A stretch of DNA of 64,000 nt from an uncultured Bacteroides sp. (GTDB lineage Bacteria; Bacillota; Clostridia; Christensenellales; CAG-917), in contig CAZXUW010000003.1 of assembly GCA_964644355.1 (NCBI GenBank), forward strand, positions 50,066 through 114,065, given 5' to 3'. This document shows, in pieces, positions 35,378 through 44,056 of the stretch (its first letter is position 1; the number at the start of each line of letters is the position of its first letter). A program made the position numbers and the translations under genes. The notes under the pieces were generated by a model that worked only from the letters and a program-made list of their open reading frames with translations, searched no databases and had not been told where the DNA came from.

Positions 35378-35509
35378 ATTCCGTTAGAACTTTCCTTCCC
35401 GGGAGATTGCTACGTCGCTATGCTCCTACTCGCAATGACAGTATAGACAAGGCTCGTGCCAACAATAAGAACGCAGTGTACTAGTTGCATGTGCGAATTG
35501 CAGATGCAC

Positions 35510-35550
35510 AAAAAAAAAGAAAAGAGAAGTAAATTTAACTTCTCTTTTCT
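35510..35550 (-). terminator. intrinsic terminator of tRNA-Trp
   Basis: On the minus strand: AGAAAAGAGAAGT-TAAATTT-ACTTCTCTTTTCT (13 bp) followed by TTTTTTTT. It directly abuts the tRNA 3' end. Confidence 0.85.
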
Positions 35551-35625
35551 TGGCAGGGGAGACGCGATTCGAACACGCAACCGACGGTTTTGGAGACCGT
35601 TGCTCTACCGTTGAGCCACTCCCCT
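35551..35625 (-). tRNA. tRNA-Trp (anticodon CCA)
   Basis: The reverse complement folds as AGGGGAG..CTCCAAA anticodon loop..TTCGAAT..CTCCCCT-G-CCA. Confidence 0.92.
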
Positions 35626-35647
35626 AATTGCTTTATCAAGCTTATCT

Positions 35648-35676
35648 ATTATAACAACAATAGCAAAAATAGTCAA
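35648..35676 (-). promoter_or_regulatory. sigma-A-type promoter of tRNA-Trp
   Basis: On the minus strand: TTGACT (35676-35671), a 17-nt spacer, then TATAAT (35653-35648). Confidence 0.65.
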
Positions 35677-35754
35677 TAATTTGATGGCATTTATCTTGCT
35701 AAATTAAAAATTGGCTCACAATAATTCAAAAGTTGTAAATATACCGCATCCCTA

Positions 35755-35783
35755 TTGCAAAAATCGCAAATATTGTGTACAAT
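35755..35783 (+). promoter_or_regulatory. sigma-A-type promoter placed for a leaderless rnhA transcript
   Basis: TTGCAA (35755-35760), a 17-nt spacer, then TACAAT (35778-35783). Only 6 nt separate the -10 from ATG 35790, and there is no SD. Confidence 0.5.
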
Positions 35784-35789
35784 TTAGAT

Positions 35790-36275
35790 ATGAAAAAGAA
35801 AGTTGAAATTTACACAGACGGAGCTTGCTCCGGCAATCCCGGTGTTGGCGGTTGGGGCGTTGTTATGCTCTACAAAAAGCATCGCAAGGAAGTTTGCGGT
35901 GCCGAACCACAGACAACCAACAATCGCATGGAGCTCACCGCCATTATTCAAGGGCTGAAATTGCTCAAAGAGCCGTGCTTTGTCACAATCTACAGTGACA
36001 GTGCCTATTCTGTGGAGCCGTTTTTGCAAGGTTGGATCAATGGCTGGGTTTTGCGTGGATGGCGTACCGCAAGCAAAGATGAGGTGAAAAACGTCGATCT
36101 GTGGAAAGAGCTTCTCTCTCTTATGCAAATTCACGAAGTTTCCTACGTCAAAGTCAAGGGGCATGCCGACAACGAGCTGAACAACCGCTGTGACACACTT
36201 GCAAGAGGTGCGATAAAGGAGTTGCAAAAAACTCTGCCCATTCCCCCCGTTGGCAACGGTTCAGACGAGAACTGA
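35790..36275 (+). CDS. rnhA: ribonuclease HI
   Basis: Motifs YTDGACSGNPGVGGWG, TNNRMEL, SDSAY and VKGHADNELNNRCDTLA (the DEDD catalytic set). ATG 35790 is preferred over GTG 35775. Confidence 0.9.
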   Translation: MKKKVEIYTDGACSGNPGVGGWGVVMLYKKHRKEVCGAEPQTTNNRMELTAIIQGLKLLKEPCFVTIYSDSAYSVEPFLQGWINGWVLRGWRTASKDEVKNVDLWKELLSLMQIHEVSYVKVKGHADNELNNRCDTLARGAIKELQKTLPIPPVGNGSDEN

Positions 36276-36306
36276 TATTAAAAATACGCATACAAGGAGA
36301 ATAATC

Positions 36307-36828
36307 ATGAATAAACCTAACAAGCAAACGTTGTTGCCATACATATTCTCTATACTGTTTTCGTTGGCATATATAGTGCTAGGATGCATTCCAAACGGCA
36401 TCCAAATGGACTTTGCGGGCGGATTTGTGGCACACTATCCATATTTCAGTGCTATGCCATACGGCTACGGCAACATGTTTCCCATCCTCATTGAATTATT
36501 GGCTATAGTCAACGTGATATTGCTTTTCATATCGATATTCCTGCCCAAAAAAGGCTTTAACGTCACAAGAATCGTGTTGCCGGCAATAATACTCGTTTTC
36601 AATTTGGTAGAGCTGGTCTTCACAACGACGGTGACGGCAATAAACATAGCAATGTTCGACGTGGCGTTTGCACACGTGGCATATGAAGTTGTGATTGCCA
36701 TATGCAAAAAATACACCACTGAAAAGCCAAGACCCTTCCCGACGTATCAGGAGTTTTGCCAGAAGTACAATCTAGATCCAACAAGCACACCTTCTCAACC
36801 ACCTGCCGATTGGGATGACGACTATTGA
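36307..36828 (+). CDS. small polytopic membrane protein (hypothetical)
   Basis: 173 aa from ATG 36307 (AAGGAGA RBS), with about 4 TM segments and a Pro/Asp-rich C-terminus. Confidence 0.6.
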   Translation: MNKPNKQTLLPYIFSILFSLAYIVLGCIPNGIQMDFAGGFVAHYPYFSAMPYGYGNMFPILIELLAIVNVILLFISIFLPKKGFNVTRIVLPAIILVFNLVELVFTTTVTAINIAMFDVAFAHVAYEVVIAICKKYTTEKPRPFPTYQEFCQKYNLDPTSTPSQPPADWDDDY

Positions 36829-36986
36829 TAAATAGCGTTATATTATATAAAATATATATGGTATAGCATTATATATATTAGCTAGTGACAATTTGCAAAA
36901 GCAGTTCATACTTTATTGAGTTTATGGCAAAAATGTTTGGGCTGTTTTTTTTATACGCTACACTAAAAGCTAAATTTGCCGACAAC

Positions 36987-37016
36987 AAAAAACCGTTGCT
37001 TTTGCAACGGTTTTTA
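36987..37016. terminator. bidirectional intrinsic terminator between convergent genes
   Basis: AAAAAACCGTTGC-TTTT-GCAACGGTTTTTATTTT, with A/T tracts on both sides. Confidence 0.8.
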
Positions 37017-37045
37017 TTTTATAAATCAGGATAATTCAAGGAAGA

Positions 37046-39379
37046 TTATTCTGCATCCTCAGTTTTTTTCTTGCGAGTTTTCTTTGCAGGAGCAGGTTCT
37101 TCTTGAGGTTCTTCATCAAGCTCGAGGTTGAGGTTCTTGAACAAATCGCCAAGAGTTGCACTGGAGCTTCCGGATACCCATTCTTTTGGCTCGTTGGAGC
37201 TTTCTTTCTTGGAGCTACGACGCTCACGCTTGCTTTCGCCATCTGCAACCTTCTTCTCGAAGTTCTTGACTCTTGAAGATCTCTTTGCTGCCTTTTCTTC
37301 ATCAGTTGCTTCAACTTCTTGCGGAGCTGTTGTTTCTTCCGGAGCCGGGAGCAATTCCTTGATGGAAAGTGTGATGCGATTGTCATCAAAACCGATGATC
37401 TTTGCTTCAACTTCTTGACCAACTGTCAAAGCTTCGTTTGCATCCTTGATCCAGTTGTGAGAAATTTGTGACACGTGAACGAGTCCGTCTACGCCGTCAT
37501 CGATTGAAACGAATGCGCCGTATGGGAAGATTCTCTCAACTTTGCCCTTGATGATTGTGCCGACAGGGAACTTCTCTGCTGCCACTTCATACGGCTTCTT
37601 TTGAAGTTGCTTGTAGCCAAGTGAAATCTTGCCTGTCTCTCTATCGAGCTTGAGCACGACAAAGTCATAGCTTTCGCCGATTGTGAGCACTGTTGCAGGA
37701 TCTGTGATCTTATTCCAAGAAAGCTCAGAGATGTGAGCGAGGCAGTCAAAACCACGTACGCTTACGAATGCACCGAATTGTGTGAATCTCTTAACCTTGC
37801 CGGTCACGATGTCATGAACGTGAATGTTGTTCCAGAAAAGATCTTCCTTCTCTTTCTTTTCTCTCTCGAGAATGATACGTTGAGAAGCGAACAAATATCT
37901 TGATTTCTTTTGTGGCTTATCCTCTTGAACTTCGCCCTCTTGTGCTTCAGCATCCTTGCTGTCTTTTGCAGGCATAAGTGTCAAACGGAGTGTCTTGCCC
38001 TTGTAATCTTCGAGGTTGCTTACATAACCCATTCTGATTTGGCTTGCCGGCACGAAAATGGTGTATTGACCAAGTCTGCCTCTGAGACCGCCTTTGACGA
38101 CCTCTGTCATTGTCAAAGAGAATTCGCTTTGAGAGAGAGCTTTTTCTGCCTCTGCTTCTTCTTGACGAATTGCATCGACTTCTTTTTTGGAAAGTGACAC
38201 ATACTCTTTGTTGACTGCCAAGATGGTTGCTTGCACTTCATCGCCCTCTTTGAAATCGGCAGGATTGTAGTTGCCGTCCAAAGAAGCTTCACTCTTATCA
38301 ATGAAACCGTCTTTCTTTCCGCCGATTGCGACGTAAATTCCGTTTTCGCCAACGCTGATAACTTTGCCCTTGATGCGTTTGCCGACTTTGTAGTTGGTGT
38401 AGCCAACGCTTGATGCGGACTTCATAAGGTCTGCCATTGTGGTGGGTTCTTTTTCTTCAGCTACGTTTGTTTGCTCTTGAAGTGTTGCCTCGTTTTGCAC
38501 TTCAGTTTCTACTGTTTCTACAGCGTTCTTTTGAGTTTCACTCATAAGTTTTGTTACCTCCCGTATCAACCATGGCGGAGTTGATGCTCCTGCAACAATT
38601 GATACACTTTGAATATCCTTGAAAAATTTTATTTGACTCAGAACTTCGCTCACGTCCTGTGCAAAGTAGGTATGCTCATTGACCTCTTTTGCCACCTGAT
38701 ACAAACGCTTTGTGTTTGCACTGCTCAGGCTTCCGAGCACCAATACCGCATCGCTGTTGCAAGCAAGATTGCGCGCTTCATCCTGTTTCACTTTTGTAGT
38801 ATAACAAATAGTATTAAAAATGCCAACTAAATTGTGGTGTTTTTTTTGAAAATTCTTTGCAAAATTCTCAATTTTTTCAAATTTTTCGGGCAAGATGGTC
38901 GTTTGAAACAAAATTGAGGTCGGATTTTGGGAAATTTCAAGCTCCTCACCATCCCCCACAATTCGCACGTTGTCCTTGCAATAGGACGCAACACCTATAA
39001 CTTCGTCGTGGTTTTTATCCCCAACGATTATGACATCGTCACCCGCCAAAAACCTCTGCTCGGCAAGCTCTTGATTACGCTTGACAACAGGACAAGTCGC
39101 ATCAAAAAGCAACACTCCTCTCTTTGAGAGCGACTGCTCGAGCTCCTTGTCTATGCCATGTGCTCTTATGAGGGCAACGTCACCATCTTTGAGCTTGTCG
39201 GCATCCTTTACGTCAAGACAAACGGCACCTTTTTGGCGTAAATATTCAGTGACGAGCTCGTTGTGTACAAGCTCGCCAAGAGTGTAAATCTTGCCATATT
39301 TTTCAGCAAGCTCCTCTGCCATTTTGACGGCATTTTTGACACCGTTGCAAAAGCCTGCGTGTTCAGCTACGATTACCAA
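37046..39379 (-). CDS. ispH: fusion of 4-hydroxy-3-methylbut-2-enyl diphosphate reductase (IspH) and ribosomal protein S1 (four S1 domains), with a K/E-rich tail
   Basis: 777-aa ORF. The N-terminal roughly 285 aa are IspH (AGFCNGVKNAV..). Repeated S1 OB-fold units follow (GKV..G.FV..G..G..H.S), then an acidic/basic low-complexity C-terminus. Confidence 0.9.
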   Translation of the reverse strand: MVIVAEHAGFCNGVKNAVKMAEELAEKYGKIYTLGELVHNELVTEYLRQKGAVCLDVKDADKLKDGDVALIRAHGIDKELEQSLSKRGVLLFDATCPVVKRNQELAEQRFLAGDDVIIVGDKNHDEVIGVASYCKDNVRIVGDGEELEISQNPTSILFQTTILPEKFEKIENFAKNFQKKHHNLVGIFNTICYTTKVKQDEARNLACNSDAVLVLGSLSSANTKRLYQVAKEVNEHTYFAQDVSEVLSQIKFFKDIQSVSIVAGASTPPWLIREVTKLMSETQKNAVETVETEVQNEATLQEQTNVAEEKEPTTMADLMKSASSVGYTNYKVGKRIKGKVISVGENGIYVAIGGKKDGFIDKSEASLDGNYNPADFKEGDEVQATILAVNKEYVSLSKKEVDAIRQEEAEAEKALSQSEFSLTMTEVVKGGLRGRLGQYTIFVPASQIRMGYVSNLEDYKGKTLRLTLMPAKDSKDAEAQEGEVQEDKPQKKSRYLFASQRIILEREKKEKEDLFWNNIHVHDIVTGKVKRFTQFGAFVSVRGFDCLAHISELSWNKITDPATVLTIGESYDFVVLKLDRETGKISLGYKQLQKKPYEVAAEKFPVGTIIKGKVERIFPYGAFVSIDDGVDGLVHVSQISHNWIKDANEALTVGQEVEAKIIGFDDNRITLSIKELLPAPEETTAPQEVEATDEEKAAKRSSRVKNFEKKVADGESKRERRSSKKESSNEPKEWVSGSSSATLGDLFKNLNLELDEEPQEEPAPAKKTRKKKTEDAE

Positions 39380-39397
39380 ATCACAACCTCACCTTAT

Positions 39398-40807
39398 TTA
39401 TTTCTTTTTGTCGTGTGATTGCACGTATTCGTTGCAAAGACGACGTGTTTCGTCCATTTTTTCTTTTATAATCTCTGTTGCCTCGTGCATTTGTTCGGGA
39501 GTTTTTGCTCCATAGAACTCCTCTAGCGTAAAAGGCTTGCCAACATACAGCCAATTCTTTTTGAACATGCTCGGTGAATGGTGATAAATCATTGGAATGA
39601 CAGGCACTTTTGTCTTGATTGCAAAGCGTGCCGTGCCCGTCTTGATTTCAGCCATCTGTTGAGTGTCCTCTTTGTTTCTGGTGCCCTCCGGGAAAATGAG
39701 AAGTTGTTTGCCACCTTTCAGCACTCTAAGCACTTGTTTTACAGATTCGATATCAGCCTCGCCACGTCTTACGGGTATACAACCCATCTTGTGCAAAAAC
39801 CAGCCCGCGATTGGATTTTGGAAAAGCTCGTATTTGCCAAGTGCGTGAGCTTCCTTTTTGAACAGCACAAAATACGGAATGAGTGCGTCAACTTTTGAAT
39901 AGTGATTGCAAGTGAACAATGCACCCTCAACACCATTTACATTCTCCTTCCCGATAACCTTTGTCGGCCACAATATCATCTGCAACGGTCGCAAAATGAA
40001 ACGCAAAAATCTGTATACCGCAAAGCTCTTTTGAGGCTTGTAATACGTCTTGATTCTCTCAAGCACTTTTGGATCCATCTCACTGCTTGGAATGATGGTT
40101 GAGATTGCGTTTTCAGCATTCTGATTGGATGAATTTTCCTTTTTCATCTTGATGTGCACAACCTCTTTTACATAGGAAACGACCTCATCTATACTCATGG
40201 AAGTCGTGTCAACCACAAGTGCGTCCTCTGCTTGTTTGAGCGGAGCAACCTCACGATGCGAATCGTTGTAGTCACGCTGAATTATATCCTGCAAAAGAGT
40301 GTCATAATCCACTTTTTCGCCCTTTTGTTCAAGTTCGATAAGCCTTCTATTGGCTCTCTCCTCAGCCGTGGCGGTCAAGAAAAACTTGCAATTTGCATCC
40401 GGAAGCACAAAGGTGCCAATATCCCTGCCGTCAAGCACAACATCGTTCTTTTTGGCAAAATCACGCTGAATATCCACCATTTTGTATCTAACGCAAGGCA
40501 ATGCCGATATGTCGCTGGATGCCTTTGACATGTGGTGTTCTCTGAGGTGGGGCGTTGTGTTGACGCCGTTGACGTAAATCTGTTGAGCACCGCTTTCGTC
40601 GTATTTTATGTCCATATTCAGAGATTCAAGGAGCGTTGCAACACCCTCCTCGTCCTTGACGTCAACGCCATTGGTGATAGCCCAGTAGGCAGTTGCACGA
40701 TACATTGCACCGGTATCGAGATAGATTATTCCCAAATCTTTTGCAACGGTTTTTGCAATAGTGCTTTTGCCTGCACCGGCAGGGCCGTCAATCGCTATGT
40801 TTATCAT
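39398..40807 (-). CDS. cmk: fusion of cytidylate kinase and 1-acyl-sn-glycerol-3-phosphate acyltransferase
   Basis: 469-aa ORF. The N-terminus has AIDGPAGAGKST (P-loop, Cmk). The C-terminal half has NHYSKVD (HX4D) and FPEGTR acyltransferase motifs. Confidence 0.88.
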   Translation of the reverse strand: MINIAIDGPAGAGKSTIAKTVAKDLGIIYLDTGAMYRATAYWAITNGVDVKDEEGVATLLESLNMDIKYDESGAQQIYVNGVNTTPHLREHHMSKASSDISALPCVRYKMVDIQRDFAKKNDVVLDGRDIGTFVLPDANCKFFLTATAEERANRRLIELEQKGEKVDYDTLLQDIIQRDYNDSHREVAPLKQAEDALVVDTTSMSIDEVVSYVKEVVHIKMKKENSSNQNAENAISTIIPSSEMDPKVLERIKTYYKPQKSFAVYRFLRFILRPLQMILWPTKVIGKENVNGVEGALFTCNHYSKVDALIPYFVLFKKEAHALGKYELFQNPIAGWFLHKMGCIPVRRGEADIESVKQVLRVLKGGKQLLIFPEGTRNKEDTQQMAEIKTGTARFAIKTKVPVIPMIYHHSPSMFKKNWLYVGKPFTLEEFYGAKTPEQMHEATEIIKEKMDETRRLCNEYVQSHDKKK

Positions 40808-40856
40808 AAAACCTCCATAGGCTTTTGTATTTTTTCAACCAAAGGTTGAATTTTGG

Positions 40857-42080
40857 TCATTTTTGTGTGTTTTTCAGTATATCTTTGCTTGCCTGCACTG
40901 CCGTGGCAAAAGCAAGTTGCAGATTGAATCCGCCCGTAAGAGCGTCTATATCCACCGTCTCTCCAACGAAGTACAGTCCTTTTTTAGAGCGCGCCTCACC
41001 GCTTGGAGTAAGCCCTTTCACACTCACTCCACCGCTTGTGACTATGGCTTCCGTAAACGGTGCAAGCCCTGCAACGCCAAACTTCAAGTTCTTTATTGTG
41101 TCAACAAGTCTATCCCTCTCTTGCTTTGTGATGACGTTGACTTTTTTGCTCTCTTGAATATCGGCGTTCTTGAGCACGTACACGTTCAATCTTTCAGGAA
41201 GCAATGCCCTTGTGACGTTCTTTATATCTTGATTTTTCCTCTCCTCAAAATCTCTCAAGATGCGTTTGTCGAGAGTGTTTTCGTCAAGAGCAGGCTTAAG
41301 ATCCAAAGAGAGAGTCACTTTCCTTTTGCGGTTGATGTAGGATGACAGCGTCAATGCAATCGGACCGGATAAACCTCTGTTTGTAAAGAGCATCTCACCA
41401 AACTCGCTAGCTATCAACTTGCCGTTCTCATCATAAGCGGACAACGTGACGTTCTTTAGCGATATTCCTTGCAATGAGGACACGTTTTGCGTGACAATGA
41501 TAGGCACAAGTGCTTGCTTTGGCTCAACAATGTCAAGTCCAAAGGACTTGGCAAATGTATATCCATCACCTGTGGAGCCCGTTGAGGGATAGCTTACTCC
41601 GCCCGTTGCCACAACAACATTGTCGCATGAAATGTTGTCATATGCCGTCAATACGCAAAAGCCGTCATCCTTTTTTCTAATCTCTCTCACCGCATTGCCG
41701 AGCCTAATATCGACGCCAAGTCTATCAAGCTCGATTTGCAGTGCTTTTATGACGTCGCTTGACTTTTGAGAGAATGGAAAAACCCTATTCCCTCTTTCCA
41801 CGACAAGCTTAAGCCCTAAATCCTCAAAAAAGGACATTGTATCTTGCGGAGTAAAGCCGTACAGCGACGAGCGGAGATATTTGTCACCGTGCACTATATT
41901 TGCAAAAAGGTCGTTTATTTCACAATCGTTGGTGAGATTGCAACGCCCTTTGCCCGTTATATAGATTTTTTTGCCGAGCTTGTCGTTCTTCTCAAGCAAA
42001 ACGACGTCCGCTCCGCCTCTTGCAAGGCAGATTGAAGCCATCATGCCAGAAGCACCGCCACCGACAACACATACTTTCAT
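40857..42080 (-). CDS. HI0933/YhiN-family NAD(FAD)-utilising flavoprotein
   Basis: 407-aa ORF with the N-terminal motif VVGGGASGMMAS. The length and C-terminal motifs are typical of the family. Confidence 0.8.
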   Translation of the reverse strand: MKVCVVGGGASGMMASICLARGGADVVLLEKNDKLGKKIYITGKGRCNLTNDCEINDLFANIVHGDKYLRSSLYGFTPQDTMSFFEDLGLKLVVERGNRVFPFSQKSSDVIKALQIELDRLGVDIRLGNAVREIRKKDDGFCVLTAYDNISCDNVVVATGGVSYPSTGSTGDGYTFAKSFGLDIVEPKQALVPIIVTQNVSSLQGISLKNVTLSAYDENGKLIASEFGEMLFTNRGLSGPIALTLSSYINRKRKVTLSLDLKPALDENTLDKRILRDFEERKNQDIKNVTRALLPERLNVYVLKNADIQESKKVNVITKQERDRLVDTIKNLKFGVAGLAPFTEAIVTSGGVSVKGLTPSGEARSKKGLYFVGETVDIDALTGGFNLQLAFATAVQASKDILKNTQK

Positions 42081-42856
42081 AGCTCTATCCTCGCATTTTG
42101 CAATGCCTTGATGGCATCTTCATCGTTTGATATGAGCCTGACGGGCGTAATCGTTATGTAACCTTGAGAGAGCAAGAAGCAATCACCACCGCTTTGCTCA
42201 TCCGTATGTTTTATGGGATGTCCGTCCACAAAAAACATATCCACCCCGTTAGAATCCGTCTTTTTGACATAACTCTCGTTATAGGGTTGATATGCGATAG
42301 GTGCGATTCTCACACCTTTTATATTCTCTTTCTTCACGCACGGGATGTTGAGATTGATTGTGATATTCTCGTTTGCATAGCTCAAAAGTTCAACAAGATT
42401 TTTTGCGGTAAAATCGGATGCGAAGTCATAATCTTCCACCCCTTTTGTACGCAATGATACGGCAAGCGAGGGCAATTTTTGGAAAGTTCCCTCTTGTGCG
42501 GCACCAAAAGTGCCTGAAAAAATTATGTCACTACCGGCATTCAAACAAGTGTTGATGCCTGACACAACCGCATCTATTTTCATATCTTTGCAGAGGTATT
42601 TTAAGCCAAACAAAACACAATCGGCAGGAGTTCCGCTCACGGCATAAGTCCTCACACCGTCGATAAACCCCTTGTCCTCATAAAAAATTCCGCTGAAAAA
42701 ATTGACGGCATGAGACGTCCCCGAACGTTCGCCCATGGGAGCAACCACAACAACGTTATGCTCTTTTTTTAGTCTGTTTGCGAGCGTTTTTATGCCAATC
42801 GCATTATATCCGTCATCGTTTGAAAGAAGTATATTCATCGTCTCACCCGTTTTCAA
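42077..42856 (-). CDS. surE: 5'/3'-nucleotidase SurE
   Basis: 259-aa ORF with the motif ILLSNDDGY. Confidence 0.9.
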   Translation of the reverse strand: MKTGETMNILLSNDDGYNAIGIKTLANRLKKEHNVVVVAPMGERSGTSHAVNFFSGIFYEDKGFIDGVRTYAVSGTPADCVLFGLKYLCKDMKIDAVVSGINTCLNAGSDIIFSGTFGAAQEGTFQKLPSLAVSLRTKGVEDYDFASDFTAKNLVELLSYANENITINLNIPCVKKENIKGVRIAPIAYQPYNESYVKKTDSNGVDMFFVDGHPIKHTDEQSGGDCFLLSQGYITITPVRLISNDEDAIKALQNARIEL

Positions 42857-42874
42857 TACACATAGTGTATTGCA

Positions 42875-43825
42875 TCAATCAATATTCACAGTCTTTTTTG
42901 CCAAAGTTTGCAAGTATGCAATTTCCATTTCATTGAGAGGTCTGTACGCGCCACGTGCAAGTCCGCCAAGTCTCAACTCGCCTATTGCAACTCGCTTTAA
43001 GAACACAACCTTCTTTTCAACCGCCTCGAACATACGGCGGATTTCTCTGTTTTTACCCTCGAAAATGATAACCTCAAGACGCGTGTATATGCCATCGATG
43101 CCATCCGTCATTGCTTGGATTTCTATTGCCTCTCTAGCAAGCTCGTCTTTTGGATTGATAACAGCTCTCTTGTCGGGTTTGTCTTGCTTCACCTTTTCTA
43201 TGCCGGTGACTTTCACCTTGCTTCTGCCGTATTTTACACCGTCAATAGTCACGCCTTTACGCAAAATCGCAAGATCACTCTCATCGATTGTGCCCTCGAT
43301 TTTGACAATGTAAGTCTTGGGAATTTCGCTTGACGGATGCGTCAATGCGTACGTAAGCTGACCGTCGTTTGTCAATAGAAGCAAACCTTCACTGTCATAA
43401 TCAAGTCTGCCAACCGGGTAAAGACGCTTGTTTTTGTAGTCGTCACCGATAAAATCGGTGATGATCTTGCGAGGCTTGGTGTGTTCCTTCACTTCCTCAA
43501 CAATACCTTGCTTTGCAAGCTTCTCTTGACGATTCTTGATCTCCTCAAGCTCTTTGTCGGTCTTTTTTCTGCCACTCTTGTTGTCACGCTCCTCATTCAA
43601 GGTGGTGACACATCCCTTCGGCTTGTAAAAAAGCAAGTAGTCATAGTGCGTGACTCGCACAACTTTTTTGCCGTCCACAAACACAACGTCTTTGTCCTCG
43701 TTGACGTCACTGCCAAGCTCTCTAACCACCTTTTTATTGACACTCACTCGGCCTTGAAGGACAAGTTCATCGGCTTTTCTGCGTGAGCAAACGCCACATT
43801 CTGCAAGATATTTGTTGATTCTCAT
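42875..43825 (-). CDS. rluB: RsuA/RluB-family pseudouridine synthase with an S4 domain
   Basis: MRINKYLAECGVCSRRKADELV (S4 domain) and VGRLDYDSEGLLLLTNDG (catalytic Asp). The start is ATG 43825 with a TAGGAGA RBS. A charged insertion of about 45 aa follows the first beta-strand block. Confidence 0.88.
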   Translation of the reverse strand: MRINKYLAECGVCSRRKADELVLQGRVSVNKKVVRELGSDVNEDKDVVFVDGKKVVRVTHYDYLLFYKPKGCVTTLNEERDNKSGRKKTDKELEEIKNRQEKLAKQGIVEEVKEHTKPRKIITDFIGDDYKNKRLYPVGRLDYDSEGLLLLTNDGQLTYALTHPSSEIPKTYIVKIEGTIDESDLAILRKGVTIDGVKYGRSKVKVTGIEKVKQDKPDKRAVINPKDELAREAIEIQAMTDGIDGIYTRLEVIIFEGKNREIRRMFEAVEKKVVFLKRVAIGELRLGGLARGAYRPLNEMEIAYLQTLAKKTVNID

Positions 43826-44056
43826 ATGTCTCCTAACGCACAAGGCGTACGCAATATTAAAAAAAGTATACAAGAAAAAAAATAATTAATCAAGTGATTG
43901 GCAAACACCCAAAAACAATTTTTGAAAAACAAGCAATTTGCGTGCAAACTTAATTCTTGAATACAGGAGCTAGCAAATAAGAAAAATCGTATAAAACAGC
44001 AAAAAAACACCATTAAAAAATAGACAAAATTCCGGATTTTCACACAAAATTTAAGA

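Noticed and set aside
35410-35490. A 26-aa hydrophobic peptide ORF on the minus strand (MQLVHCVLIVGTSLVYTVIASRSIAT), a possible type I toxin
   Set aside because: It has no RBS and no promoter of its own, and it starts 19 nt after the tRNA-Trp terminator U-tract. No antisense RNA feature is recognisable. An ORF this short is expected by chance.
28306-35509. Possible att-type repeats linking the left (28.3-28.7 kb) and right (35.38-35.51 kb) borders of the accessory segment
   Set aside because: I found GTTAGAAC in both, TACTA(T/G)TTGCA in both, and CTCCTAC plus ACAAGGCT inverted. For regions of about 440 and 130 nt searched on both strands, one or two 8-mer matches and several 7-mer matches are expected by chance. 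The orientations are also inconsistent.
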